NCBI GenBank assembly: GCA_011109175.1
Contig: RDEW01000007.1
Location: forward strand, 681,712-745,711
Source of the DNA: Dicyema japonicum
Taxonomy: Eukaryota; Animalia; Dicyemida
Length of the DNA stretch: 64,000 bases
Reading direction: 5' to 3'
The notes under the pieces were generated by a model, which was not told where the DNA came from, did not search any database, and saw only the letters and a list, made by a program, of their open reading frames with translations. Positions 1-15,000 of the stretch are shown in pieces. Every line of letters starts with the position of its first letter. The stretch's first letter is position 1. Position numbers and translations under genes: made by a program.

Positions 1-3000
1 TACCTCGAATAACCAGACAACAACTGCTAATAACACAGGCACAAGCTTAAATAACCAGACAACAACAGCAACGAACACAGGCAGTACGACCATTAACCAG
101 ACTACAATAGGAACTAATACAAGAACCACGTCTAATAAACAGATTACAACAGCAACAAACACAGTCTATACGTCAAATAACCCGACTACAAATTCAACTA
201 ACATAGGCAACACCTCCAAAAACCAGACTACACCAGTAATTACTACAAGCACAACCTCCAATTATCACACTACAAAAATACCTATTACTTCTTCTTTAGG
301 TATGATTTTTGATAACAAATAGCATCGTATAATGGGACTACATCTAATAAGCAGACAACAACGTCAACTAACACAGGCACTACCGCGAATAATCAGACAA
401 CACCAGCATCAAATCCAAGCACTACCTCCAATAACCAGACAACAACATCAACAAATACAGACACTACATCAAATAACCAAACAACAACTGCATCTAACAC
501 AGGCACAAAATCCAATAACCAGACAACAACAGCAACTAGCACTAGCACAACCTCTAATAACCAGATAACAACGTCAACCTACACAGGCACTACCGCGAAT
601 AATCAGACAACAACAGCATCAAATCCAAGCACTACCTCCAATAACCAGACAACAACATCAACAAATACAGACACTACATCGAATAACCAAACAACAACTG
701 CATCTAACACAGGAACAAAATCCAATAACAATACAACAAGAGCAATTAACACAGGCTCTACGTCAAATAACCAGACAACAACTGCTAATAACACAGGCAC
801 AAGCTTTAATACCCAGTCAACATCAGCAACTAACACATACACAGACCAATAACCAGAGAACAACTGCAACAAACAAAGGAATAACTACCAATAACAAAAC
901 TACGACTGCCAATAATACAAGCACTACCTCGAAGAACAATGCAACAACAGCGACTAACACAGGCTCTACGTCAAATAACCGACTACTACTTTAACTAACA
1001 CAGGCACCATGTCGAATAACCAGACTACACCAGTATTTACTACAAGCACAACCTCCAATAATCACACTACAAATTATCCAACAACTTCTTCAGGTTTGCT
1101 TTTTGATAACAAATAGCATATAATAATGGCACTACATCGAATAACCAGACAACTATAGCAACTAACACAGGCACAACGACCAATAACCAGAGTACAACTG
1201 CAACAAACAATGGAATAACAACTAATAACAAAACTACTATAGCCAATAATACAAGCACTACCTCGAATAACAATACAACAACAGCAACTAACACAGGGAC
1301 AACGACCAATAACCAGAGTACAACTGCAACAAATAATGGAATTACGACCAATAACAAAACTACTACATCCAATAATACAAGCACTACATCGAATAACCAG
1401 ACAATAACTGCAACTAATACAGGCACTATCTCGAATAACCAGACAACAACTGCTAATAACACAGGCACAACCTTAAATAACCAGACAACATCGACAACTA
1501 AAACAGACACAACGACCAACAACCAGAGTACAACTGCAACAAACAAAGGAATAACGACCAATAACATAACTACGACAGCCAATAATACAAGCACTACCTG
1601 GAAGAACAATGCAACAACAGCAACTAACACAGGCTCTACGTCAAATAACCAGACTACAACTTCAACTAACACAGGCACCACGTCGAATAACCAGACTACA
1701 CCAGTAATTTCTACAAGAACAACCTTCAATAATCAGACTACAAATAAACCAACCAATTCTTCTTCAGGTTTGCTTTTTGATAACAAATAGCACATAATAA
1801 TGGCACTACATCTAATAACCCGACTACAACTTCAGATAACACAGGCACCACGTCGAATAACCAGACTACATTAGTAATAACTACAAGCTCAACCACAATA
1901 ATCAGACTACAAATAAACAAACTACTTCTTCTTCAGGTTTACTTTTTGATAACATATAGCATATAATAATGGCACTACCTCGAATAACCAGACAACAACT
2001 GCTAATAACACAGGCACAAGCTTAAATAACCAGACAACAACAGCAACGAACACAGGCAGTACGACCATTAACCAGACTACAATAGGAACTAATACAAGAA
2101 CCACGTCTAATAAACAGATTACAACAGCAACAAACACAGTCTATACGTCAAATAACCCGACTACAAATTCAACTAACATAGGCAACACCTCCAAAAACCA
2201 GACTACACCAGTAATTACTACAAGCACAACCTCCAATTATAACACTACAAAATACCTATTACTTCTTCTTTAGGTATGATTTTGATAACAAATAGCATAT
2301 AATAATGGCACTACATCGAATAACCAGATAACAACGTCAACTAACACAGGCACTACCGCGAATAATCAGACAACACCAGCATCAAATCCAAGCACTACCT
2401 CCAATAACCAGACAACAACATCAACAAATACAGACACTACATCAAATAACCAAACAACAACTGCATCTAACACAGGCACAAAATCCAATAACCAGACAAC
2501 AACAGCAACTAGCACTAGCACAACCTCTAATAACCAGATAACAACGTCAACCTACACAGGCACTACCGCGAATAATCAGACAACAACAGCATCAAATCCA
2601 AGCACTACCTCCAATAACCAGACAACAACATCAACAAATACAGACACTACATCGAATAACCAAACAACAACTGCATCTAACACAGGAACAAAATCAATAA
2701 CAATACAACAAGAGCAACTAACACAGGCTCTACGTCAAATAACCAGACAACAACTGCTAATAACACAGGCACAAGCTTTAATACCCAGTCAACATCAGCA
2801 ACTAACACATACACAACGACCAATAACCAGAGAACAACTGCAACAAACAAAGGAATAACTACCAATAACAAAACTACGACTGCCAATAATACAAGCACTA
2901 CTCGAAGAACAATGCAACAACAGCGACTAACACAGGCTCTACGTCAAATAACCCGACTACTACTTTAACTAACACAGGCACCATGTCGAATAACCAGACT

Positions 3001-6000
3001 ACACCAGTATTTACTACAAGCACAACCTCCAATAATCACACTACAAATTATCCAACAACTTCTTCAGGTTTGCTTTTTGATAACAAATAGCATATAATAA
3101 TGGCACTACATCGAATAACCAGACAACTATAGCAACTAACACAGGCACAACGACCAATAACCAGAGTACAACTGCAACAAACAATGGAATAACAACTAAT
3201 AACAAAACTACTATAGCCAATAATACAAGCACTACCTCGAATAACAATACAACAACAGCAACTAACACAGGGACAACGACCAATAACCAGAGTACAACTG
3301 CAACAAATAATGGAATTACGACGCAATAACAAAACTACTACATCCAATAATACAAGCACTACATCGAATAACCAGACAATAACTGCAACTAATACAGGCA
3401 CTATCTCGAATAACCAGACAACAACTGCTAATAACACAGGCACAACCTTAAATAACCAGACAACATCGACAACTAAAACAGACACAACGACCAACAACCA
3501 GAGTACAACTGCAACAAACAAAGGAATAACGACCAATAACAATAACTACGACAGCCATAATACAAGCACTACCTGGAAGAACAATGCAACAACAGCAACT
3601 AACACAGGCTCTACGTCAAATAACCAGACTACAACTTCAACTAACACAGGCACCACGTCGAATAACCAGACTAACACAGTAATTTCTACAAGAACAACCT
3701 TCAATAATCAGAACTACAAATAAACCAACCAATTCTTCTTCAGGTTTGCTTTTTGATAACAATAGCACATAATAATGGCACTACATCTAATAACCCGACT
3801 ACAACTTCAGATAACACAGGCACCACGTCGAATAACCAGACTACATTAGTAATAACTACAAGCTCAACCACCAATAATCAGACTACAAATAAACAAACTA
3901 CTTCTTCTTCAGGTTTACTTTTTGATAACATATAGCATATAATAATGGCACTACCTCGAATAACCAGACAACAACTGCTAATAACACAGGCACAAGCTTA
4001 AATAACCAGACAACAACAGCAACGAACACAGGCAGTACGACCATTAACCAGACTACAATAGGAACTAATACAAGAACCACGTCTAATAAACAGATTACAA
4101 CAGCAACAAACACAGTCTATACGTCAAATAACCCGACTACAAATTCAACTAACATAGGCAACACCTCCAAAAACCAGACTACACAGTAATTACTACAAGC
4201 ACAACCTCCAATTATCACACTACAAATACCTATTACTTCTTCTTTAGGTATGATTTTTGATAACAAATAGCATCGTATAATGGGACTACATCTAATAAGC
4301 AGACAACAACGTCAACTAACACAGGCACTACCGCGAATAATCAGACAACACCAGCACAAATCCCAAGCACTACCTCCAATAACCAGACCAACAACATCAA
4401 CAAATACAGCACTACATCAAATAACCAAACAACCAACTGCATCTAACAACAGGCACAAAATCCATAACCAGACAACAACAGCAACTAGCACTAGCACAAC
4501 CTCTAATAACCAGATAACAACGTCAACCTACACAGGCACTACCGGCGAATAATCAGACAACAACAGCATCAAATCAAGCACTACTCCAATAACCAGACAA
4601 ACAACATCAACAAATACAGACACTACATCAAATAACCAAACAACAACTGCATCTACACAGGCACAAAATCCAATAACCAGACAACAACAGAACTAGCACT
4701 AGCCAACCTCTAATAACCAGATAACAACGTCAACGCTACACAGGCACTACCGCGAATAATCAGACAACAACAGCTCAATCCAAGCACTACCTCCAATAAC
4801 CAGACAACAACATCAACAAATACAGACACTACATCGAATAACCAAACACAACTTCATCTAACACAGGATCAAATCCAATAACAATACAACAAGAGCAATT
4901 AACACAGGCTCTACGTCAAATAACAGACAACAACTGCTAATAACACAGGCACAAGTTTTAATACTCAGTCAACATCAGCAACTAACACATACACAACGAC
5001 CAATAACAGAGAACAACTGCACAAACAAAGGAATAACTACCAATAACAAAAACTACGACTGCCAATAATACAAGCACTACCTCGAAGAACAATGCAACAA
5101 CAGCGACTAACACAGGCTCTACGTCAAATAACCCGACTACTACTTAACTAACACAGGCACCATGTCGAATAACCAGACTACACCAGTATTTACTACAAGC
5201 ACAAACCTCCAATAATCACACTACAAATTATCCAACAACTTCTTCAGGTTTGCTTTTTTGATAACAAATAGCATATAATAATGGCACTACATCGAATAAC
5301 CAGACAACTATAGCAAACTAACACAGGCACAACGACCAATAACCAGAGTACAACTGCACAAACAATGGAATAACAACTAATAACAAAACTACTATAGCCA
5401 ATAATACAAGCACTACCTCGAATAACAATACAACAACAGCAACTAAACACAGGGACACGACCAATAACCAGAGTACAACTGCAACAATATGGAATTACGA
5501 CCAATAACAAAACTACTACATCCAATAATACAAGCACTACACGAATAACCAGACAATAATGAACTAATACAGGCACTATCTCGAATAACAGAACAACAAC
5601 TGCTAATAACACAGGCACAACCTTAAATAACCAGACAACATCGACAACTAAAACAGACCAAAACCAAGCAGCACACAACACCAGAATACAACTGCAAACA
5701 AACAAAGGAATAACGACCAATAACATAACTACGAACAGCCAATAATACAAGCACTACCTGGAAGAACAATGCAACAACAGCAACTAACACAGGCTCTACG
5801 TCAATAACCAGACTACAACTTCAACTAACACAGGCCACCACGTCGAATAACCAGACTACACCAGTAATTTCTACAAAGAACAACCTTCAATAATCAGACT
5901 ACAAATAAACCAACCAATTCTTCTTCAGGTTTGCTTTTTGATAACAAATAGCACATAATAATGGCACTACATCTAATAACCCGACTACAACTTCAGATAA

Positions 6001-9000
6001 CACAGGCACCACGTCGAATAACCAGACTACATTAGTATAAACTACAAGCTCAACCACCAATAATCAGACTACAATAAACACTACTTCTTCTTCAGGTTTA
6101 CTTTTGATAACATATAGCATATAATAATGGCACTACCTCGAATAACCAGACAACAACTGCTAATAACACAGGCACAAGCTTAAATAACCAGACAACAACA
6201 GCAACGAACACAGGCAGTACGACCATTAACCAGACTACAATAGGAACTAATACAAGAACCACGTCTAATAAACAGATTACAACAGCAACAAACACAGTCT
6301 ATACGTCAAATAACCCGACTACAAATTCAACTAACATAGGCAACACCTCCAAAAACCAGACTACACCAGTAATTACTACAAGCACAACCTCCAATTATCA
6401 CACTACAAAAATACCTATTACTTCTTCTTTAGGTATGATTTTTTGATAACAAATAGCATCGTATAATGGGACTACATCTAATAAGCAGACAACAACGTCA
6501 ACTAACACAGGCACTACCGCGAATAATCAGACAACACAGCATCAAATCCAAGCACTACCTCCAATAACCAGACAACAACATCAACAAATACAGACACTAC
6601 ATCAAATAACCAAACAACAACTGCATCTAACACAGGCACAAAATCCAATAACCAGACAACAACAGCAACTAGCACTAGCACAACCTCTAATAACCAGATA
6701 ACAACGTCAACCTACACAGGCACTACCGCGAATAATCAGACAACAACAGCATCAAATCCAAGCACTACCTCCAATAACCAGACAACAACATCAAACAAAT
6801 ACAGACACTACATCGAATAACCAAACAACAACTTCATCTAACACAGGAACAAAATCCAATAACAATACAACAAGAGCAATTAAACACAGGCTCTACGTCA
6901 AATAACCAGACAACAACTGCTAATAACACAGGCACAAGCTTTTAATACCAGTCCATCAGCAACTAACACATACACAACGACCAATAACCAGAGAACAACT
7001 GCAACAAACAAAGGAATAACTAAATAACAAAACTACGACTGCCAATAATACAAGCACTACCTCGAAGAACAATGCAACAACAGCGACTAACACAGGCTCT
7101 ACGTCAAATAACCCGACTACTACTTTAACTAACACAGGCACCATGTCGAATAACCAGACTACACGCAGTATTTACTACAAGCACAACCTCCAATAATCAC
7201 ACTACAAATTATCCAACAACTTCTTCAGGTTTGCTTTTTGATAACAAATAGCATATAATAATGGCACTACATCGAATAACCAGACAACTATAGCAACTAA
7301 CACAGGCAACAACGACCAATAACCAGAGTACAACTGCAACAAACAATGGAAAACAACTAATAACAAAACTACTATAGCCAATAATACAAGCACTACCTCG
7401 AATAACAATACAACACAGCACTACACACAGGGACAACGACCAATAACCAGAGTACAACTGCAACAAATATGGAATTACGACCATAACAAAACTACTACAT
7501 CCAATAATACAAGCACTACATCGAATAACCAGACAATAACTGCAACTAATACAGGCACTATCTCGAATAACCAGACAACAACTGCTAATAACACAGGCAC
7601 AAGCTTTAATACCCAGTCAACATCAGCAACTAACACATACACAACGACCAATAACCAGAGAACAACTGCAACAAACAAAGGAATAACTACCAATAACAAA
7701 ACTACGACTGCCAATAATACAAGCACTACCTCGAAGAACAATGCAACAACAGCGACTAACACAGGCTCTACGTCAAATAACCCGACTACTACTTTAACTA
7801 ACACAGGCACCATGTCGAATAACCAGACTACACCAGTATTTACTACAAGCACAACCTCCAATAATCACACTACAAATTATCCAACAACTTCTTCAGGTTT
7901 GCTTTTTGATAACAAATAGCATATAATAATGGCACTACATCGAATAACCAGACAACTATAGCAACTAACACAGGCACAACGACCAATAACCAGAGTACAA
8001 CTGCAACAAACAATGGAATAACAACTAATAACAAAACTACTATAGCCAATAATACAAGCACTACCTCGAATAACAATACAACAACAGCAACTAACACAGG
8101 GACAACGACCAATAACCAGAGTACAACTGCAACAAATAATGGAATTACGACCAATAACAAAACTACTACATCCAATAATACAAGCACTACATCGAATAAC
8201 CAGACAATAACTGCAACTAATACAGGCACTATCTCGAATAACCAGACAACAACTGCTAATAACACAGGCACAAGCTTAAATAACCAGACAACAACAGCAA
8301 CGAACACAGGCAGTACGACCATTAACCAGACTACAATAGGAACTAATACAAGAACCACGTCTAATAAACAGATTACAACAGCAACAAACACAGTCTATAC
8401 GTCAAATAACGCGACTACAAATTCAACTAACATAGGCAACACCTCCAAAAACCAGACTACACCAGTAATTACTACAAGCACAACCTCCAATTATCACACT
8501 TACAAAAATACCTATTACTTCTTCTTTAGGTGATGATTTTGATAACAAATAGCATCGAAATGGGACTACATCTAATAAGCAGACAACAACGTCACTAACA
8601 CAGGCACTACCGCGAATAATCAGACAACACCAGCATCAAATCCAAGCACTACCTCCAATAACCAGACAACAACATCAACAAATACAGACACTACATCAAA
8701 TAACCAAACAACAACTGCATCTAACACAGGCACAAAATCCAATAACCAGACAACAACAGCAACTAGCACTAGCACAACCTCTAATAACCAGATAACAACG
8801 TCAACCTACACAGGCACTACCGCGAATAATCAGACAACAACAGCATCAAATCCAAGCACTACCTCCAATAACCAACAAACAACATCAACAAATACAGACA
8901 CTACATCGAATAACCAAACAACAACTGCATCTAACACAGGAACAAAATCCAATAACAATACAACAAGAGCAATTAAACACAGGCTCTACGTCAAATAAAC

Positions 9001-12000
9001 CAGACAACAACTGCTAATAACACAGGCACAAGCTTTAATTACCCAGTCAACATCAGCAACTAACATATACACAACGACCAATAACCAGAGAACAACTGCA
9101 ACAAACAAAGGAATAACTACCAATAAACAAAACTACGACTGCCAATAATACAAGCACTACCTCGAAGAACAATGCAACAACAGCGACTAACACAGGCTCT
9201 ACGTCAAATAACCCGACTACTACTTTAACTAAACACAGGCACCATGTCGAATAAACCAGACTACACCAGTATTTACTACAAGCACAACCTCCAATAATCA
9301 CACTACAAATTATCCAACAACTTCTTCAGGTTTGCTTTTTGATAACAAATAGCATATAATAATGGCACTACATCGAATAACCAGACAACTATAGCAACTA
9401 ACACAGGCACAACGACCAATAACCAGAGTACAACTGCAACAAACAATGGAATAACAACTAATAACAAAACTACTATAGCCAATAATACAAGCACTACTCG
9501 AATAACAATACAACAACAGCAACTAACACAGGGACAACGACCAATAACCAGAGTACAAACTGCAACAAATAATGGAATTACGACCAATAACAAAACTACT
9601 ACATCCAATAATACAAGCACTACATCGAATAACCAGACAATAACTGCAACTAATACAGGCACTATCTCGAATAACCAGACAACAACTGCTAATAACACAG
9701 GCACAACCTTAAATAACCAGACAACATCGACAACTAAAACAGACACAACGACCAACAACCAGAGTACAACTGCAACAAACAAAGGAATAAACGACCAATA
9801 ACATAACTACGACAGCCAATAATACAAGCACTACCTGGAAGAACAATGCACAACAGCAACTAACACAGGCTCTACGTCAAATAACCAGACTACAACTTCA
9901 AACTAACACAGGCACCACGTCGAATAACCAGACTACACCAGTAATTTCTACAAGAACAACCTTCAATAATCAGACTACAAATAAACCAACCAATTCTTCT
10001 TCAGGTTTGCTTTTGATAACAAATAGCACATAATAATGGCACTACATCTAATAACCCGACTACAACTTCAGATAACACAGGCACCACGTCGAATAACCAG
10101 ACTACATTAGTAATAACTACAAGCTCAACCACCAATAATCAGACTACAAATAAACAAACTACTTCTTCTTCAGGTTTACTTTTTTGATAACATATAGCAT
10201 ATAATAATGGCACTACCTCGAATAACCAGACAACAAAACTGCTAATAAACACAGGCACAAGCTTAAATAACCAGACAACAACAGCAAACGAACACAGGCA
10301 GTACGACCATTAACCAGACTACAATAGGAACTAATACAAGAACCACGTCTAATAAACAGATTACAACAGCAACAAAAACACAGTCTATACGTCAAATAAC
10401 CCGACTACAAATTCAACTAACATAGGCAACACCTCCAAAAAACCAGACTACACCAGTAATTACTACAAGCACAACCTCCAATTATCACACTACAAAAATA
10501 CCTATTACTTCTTCTTTAGGTATGATTTTGATAAACAAATAGCATCGTATAATGGACTACATCTAATAAGCAGACAACAACGTCAACTAACACAGGCACT
10601 ACCGCGAATAATCAGACAACACCAGCATCAAATCCAAGCACTACCTCCAATAACCAGACAACAACATCAACAAATACAGACACTACATCAAATAACCAAA
10701 CAACAACTGCATCTAACACAGGCACAAAATCCAATAACCAGACAACAACAGCAACTAGCACTAGCACAACCTCTAATAACCAGATAACAACGTCAACCTA
10801 CACAGGCACTACCGCGAATAATCAGACAACAACAGCATCAAATCCAAGCACTACCTCCAATAACCAGACAACAACATCAACAAAATACAGACACTACATC
10901 GAATAACCAAACAACAACTGCATCTAACACAGGAACAAATCCAATAACAATACAACAAGAGCAATTAACACAGGCTCTACGTCAAATAACCAGACAACAA
11001 CTGCTAATAACACAGGCACAAGCTTTAATACCCAGTCAACATCAGCAACTAACACATACACAACGACCAATAACCAGAGAACAACTGCAACAAACAAAGG
11101 AATAACTACCAATAACAAAACTACGACTGCCAATAATACAAGCACTACCTCGAAGAACAATGCAACAACAGCGACTAACACAGGCTCTACGTCAAATAAC
11201 CCGACTACTACTTTAACTAACACAGGCACCATGTCGAATAACCAGACTACACCAGTATTTACTACAAGCACAACCTCCAATAATCACACTACAAATTATC
11301 CAACAACTTCTTCAGGTTTGCTTTTTGATAACAAATAGCATATAATAATGGCACTACATCGAATAACCAGACAACTATAGCAACTAACACAGGCACAACG
11401 ACCAATAACCAGAGTACAACTGCAACAAACAATGGAATAACAACTAATAAAAAACTACTATAGCCAATAATACAAGCACTACCTCGAATAACAATACAAC
11501 AACAGCAACTAACACAGGGACAACGACCAATAACCAGAGTACAACTGCAACAAATAATGGAATTACGACCAATAACAAAACTACTACATCCAATAATACA
11601 AGCACTACATCGAATAACCAGACAATAACTGCAACTAATACAGGCACTATCTCGAATAACCAGACAACAACTGCTAATAACACAGGCACAACCTTAAATA
11701 ACCAGACAACATCGACAACTAAAACAGACACAACGACCAACAACCAGAGTACAACTGCAACAAACAAAGGAATAACGACCAATAACATAACTACGACAGC
11801 CAATAATACAAGCACTACCTGGAAGAACAATGCAACAACAGCAACTAACACAGGCTCTACGTCAAATAACCAGACTACAACTTCAACTAACACAGGCACC
11901 ACGTCGAATAACCAGACTACACCAGTAATTTCTACAAGAACAACCTTCAATAATCAGACTACAAATAAACCAACCAATTCTTCTTCAGGTTTGTTTTGAT

Positions 12001-15000
12001 AACAAATAGCACATAATAATGGCACTACATCTAATAACCCGACTACAACTTCAGATAACACAGGCACCACGTCGAATAACCAGACTACATTAGTAATAAC
12101 TACAAGCTCAACCACCAATAATCAGACTACAAATAAACAAACTACTTCTTCTTCAGGTTTACTTTTTGATAACATATAGCATATAATAATGGCACTACCT
12201 CGAATAACCAGACAACAACTGCTAATAACACAGGCACAAGCTTAAATAACCAGACAACAACAGCAACGAACACAGGCAGTACGACCATTAACCAGACTAC
12301 AATAGGAACTAATACAAGAACCACGTCTAATAAACAGATTACAACAGCAACAAACACAGTCTATACGTCAAATAACCCGACTACAAATTCAACTAACATA
12401 GGCAACACCTCCAAAAACCAGACTACACCAGTAATTACTACAAGCACAACCTCCAATTATCACACTACAAAAAATACCTATTACTTCTTCTTTAGGTATG
12501 ATTTTTGATAACAAATAGCATCGTATAATGGGACTACATCTAATAAGCAGACAACAACGTCAACTAACACAGGCACTACCGCGAATAATCAGACAACACC
12601 AGCATCAAATCCAAGCACTACCTCCAATAACCAGACAACAACATCAAACAAATACAGACACTACATCAAATAACCAAACAACAACTGCATCTAACACAGG
12701 CACAAAATCCAATAACCAGACAACAACAGCAACTAGCACTAGCACAACCTCTAATAACCAGATAACAACGTCAACCTACACAGGCACTACCGCGAATAAT
12801 CAGACAACAACAGCATCAAATCCAAGCACTACCTCCAATAACCAGACAACAACATCAACAAATACAGACACTACATCGAATAACCAAACAACAACTGCAT
12901 CTAACACAGGAACAAAATCCAATAACAATACAACAAGAGCAATTAACACAGGCTCTACGTCAAATAACCAGACAACAACTGCTAATAACACAGGCACAAG
13001 CTTTAATACCCAGTCAACATCAGCAACTAACACATACACAACGACCAATAACCAGAGAACAACTGCAACAAACAAAGGAATAACTACCAATAACAAAACT
13101 ACGACTGCCAATAATACAAGCACTACCTCGAAGAACAATGCAACAACAGCGACTAACACAGGCTCTACGTCAAATAACCCGACTACTACTTTAACTAACA
13201 CAGGCACCATGTCGAATAACCAGACTACACCAGTATTTACTACAAGCACAACCTCCAATAATCACACTACAAATTATCCAACAACTTCTTCAGGTTTGCT
13301 TTTTGATAACAAATAGCATATAATAATGGCACTACATCGAATAACCAGACAACTATAGCAACTAACACAGGCACAACGACCAATAACCAGAGTACAACTG
13401 CAACAAACAATGGAATAACAACTAATAACAAAACTACTATAGCCAATAATACAAGCACTACCTCGAATAACAATACAACAACAGCAACTAACACAGGGAC
13501 AACGACCAATAACCAGAGTACAAACTGCAACAAATAATGGAATTACGACCAATAACAAAACTACTACATCCAATAATACAAGCACTACATCGAATAACCA
13601 GACAATAACTGCAACTAATACAGGCACTATCTCGAATAACCAACAACAACTGCTAATAACACAGGCACAACCTTAAATAACCAGACAACATCGACAACTA
13701 AAACAGACACAACGACCAACAACCAGAGTACAACTGCAACAAACAAAGGAATAACGACCAATAACATAACTACGACAGCCAATAATACAAGCACTACCTG
13801 GAAGAACAATGCAACAACAGCAACTAACACAGGCTCTACGTCAAATAACCAGACTACAACTTCAACTAACACAGGCACCACGTCGAATAACCAGACTACA
13901 CCAGTAATTTCTACAAGAACAACCTTCAATAATCAGACTACAAAATAAACCAACCAATTCTTCTTCAGGTTTGCTTTTTGATAACAAATAGCACATAATA
14001 ATGGCACTACATCTAATAACCGACTACAACTTCAGATAACACAGGCACCACGTCGAATAACCAGACTACATTAGTAATAACTACAAGCTCAACCACCAAT
14101 AATCAGACTACAAATAAACAAACTACTTCTTCTTCAGGTTTACTTTTTGATAACATATAGCATATAATAATGGCACTACCTCGAATAACCAGACAACAAC
14201 TGCTAATAACACAGGCACAAGCTTAAATAACCAGACAACAACAGCAACGAACACAGGCAGTACGACCATTAACCAGACTACAATAGGAACTAATACAAGA
14301 ACCACGTCTAATAAACAGATTACAACAGCAACAAACACAGTCTATACGTCAAATAACCCGACTACAAATTCAACTAACATAGGCAACACCTCCAAAAACC
14401 AGACTACACCAGTAATTACTACAAGCACAACCTCCAATTATCACACTACAAAAATACCTATTACTTCTTTTTAGGTATGATTTTTGATAACAAATAGCAT
14501 CGTATAATGGGACTACATCTAATAAGCAGACAACAACGTCAACTAACACAGGCACTACCGCGAATAATCAGACAACACCAGCATCAAATCCAAGCACTAC
14601 CTCCAATAACCAGACAACAACATCAACAAATACAGACACTACATCAAATAACCAAACAACAACTGCATCTAACACAGGCACAAAATCCAATAACCAGACA
14701 ACAACAGCAACTAGCACTAGCACAACCTCTAATAACCAGATAACAACGTCAACCTACACAGGCACTACCGCGAATAATCAGACAACAACAGCATCAAATC
14801 CAAGCACTACCTCCAATAACCAGACAACAACATCAACAAATACAGACACTACATCGAATAACCAAACAACAACTGCATCTAACACAGGAACAAAATCCAA
14901 TAACAATACAACAAGAGCAATTAACACAGGCTCTACGTCAAATAACCAGACAACAACTGCTAATAACACAGGCACAAGCTTTAATACCCAGTCAACATCA

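Noticed and set aside
300-322. Stop-codon readthrough or ciliate code (TAG = Gln) instead of splicing
   Set aside because: The downstream repeat is in a different frame, so readthrough would not restore it, whereas removing 23 nt does. Other genes use TAA as a terminator.
332-568. Recurrent 78-aa Gln-rich ORF MGLHLISRQQRQ...
   Set aside because: An off-frame reading of exon A starting at an incidental ATG (aat ggg).
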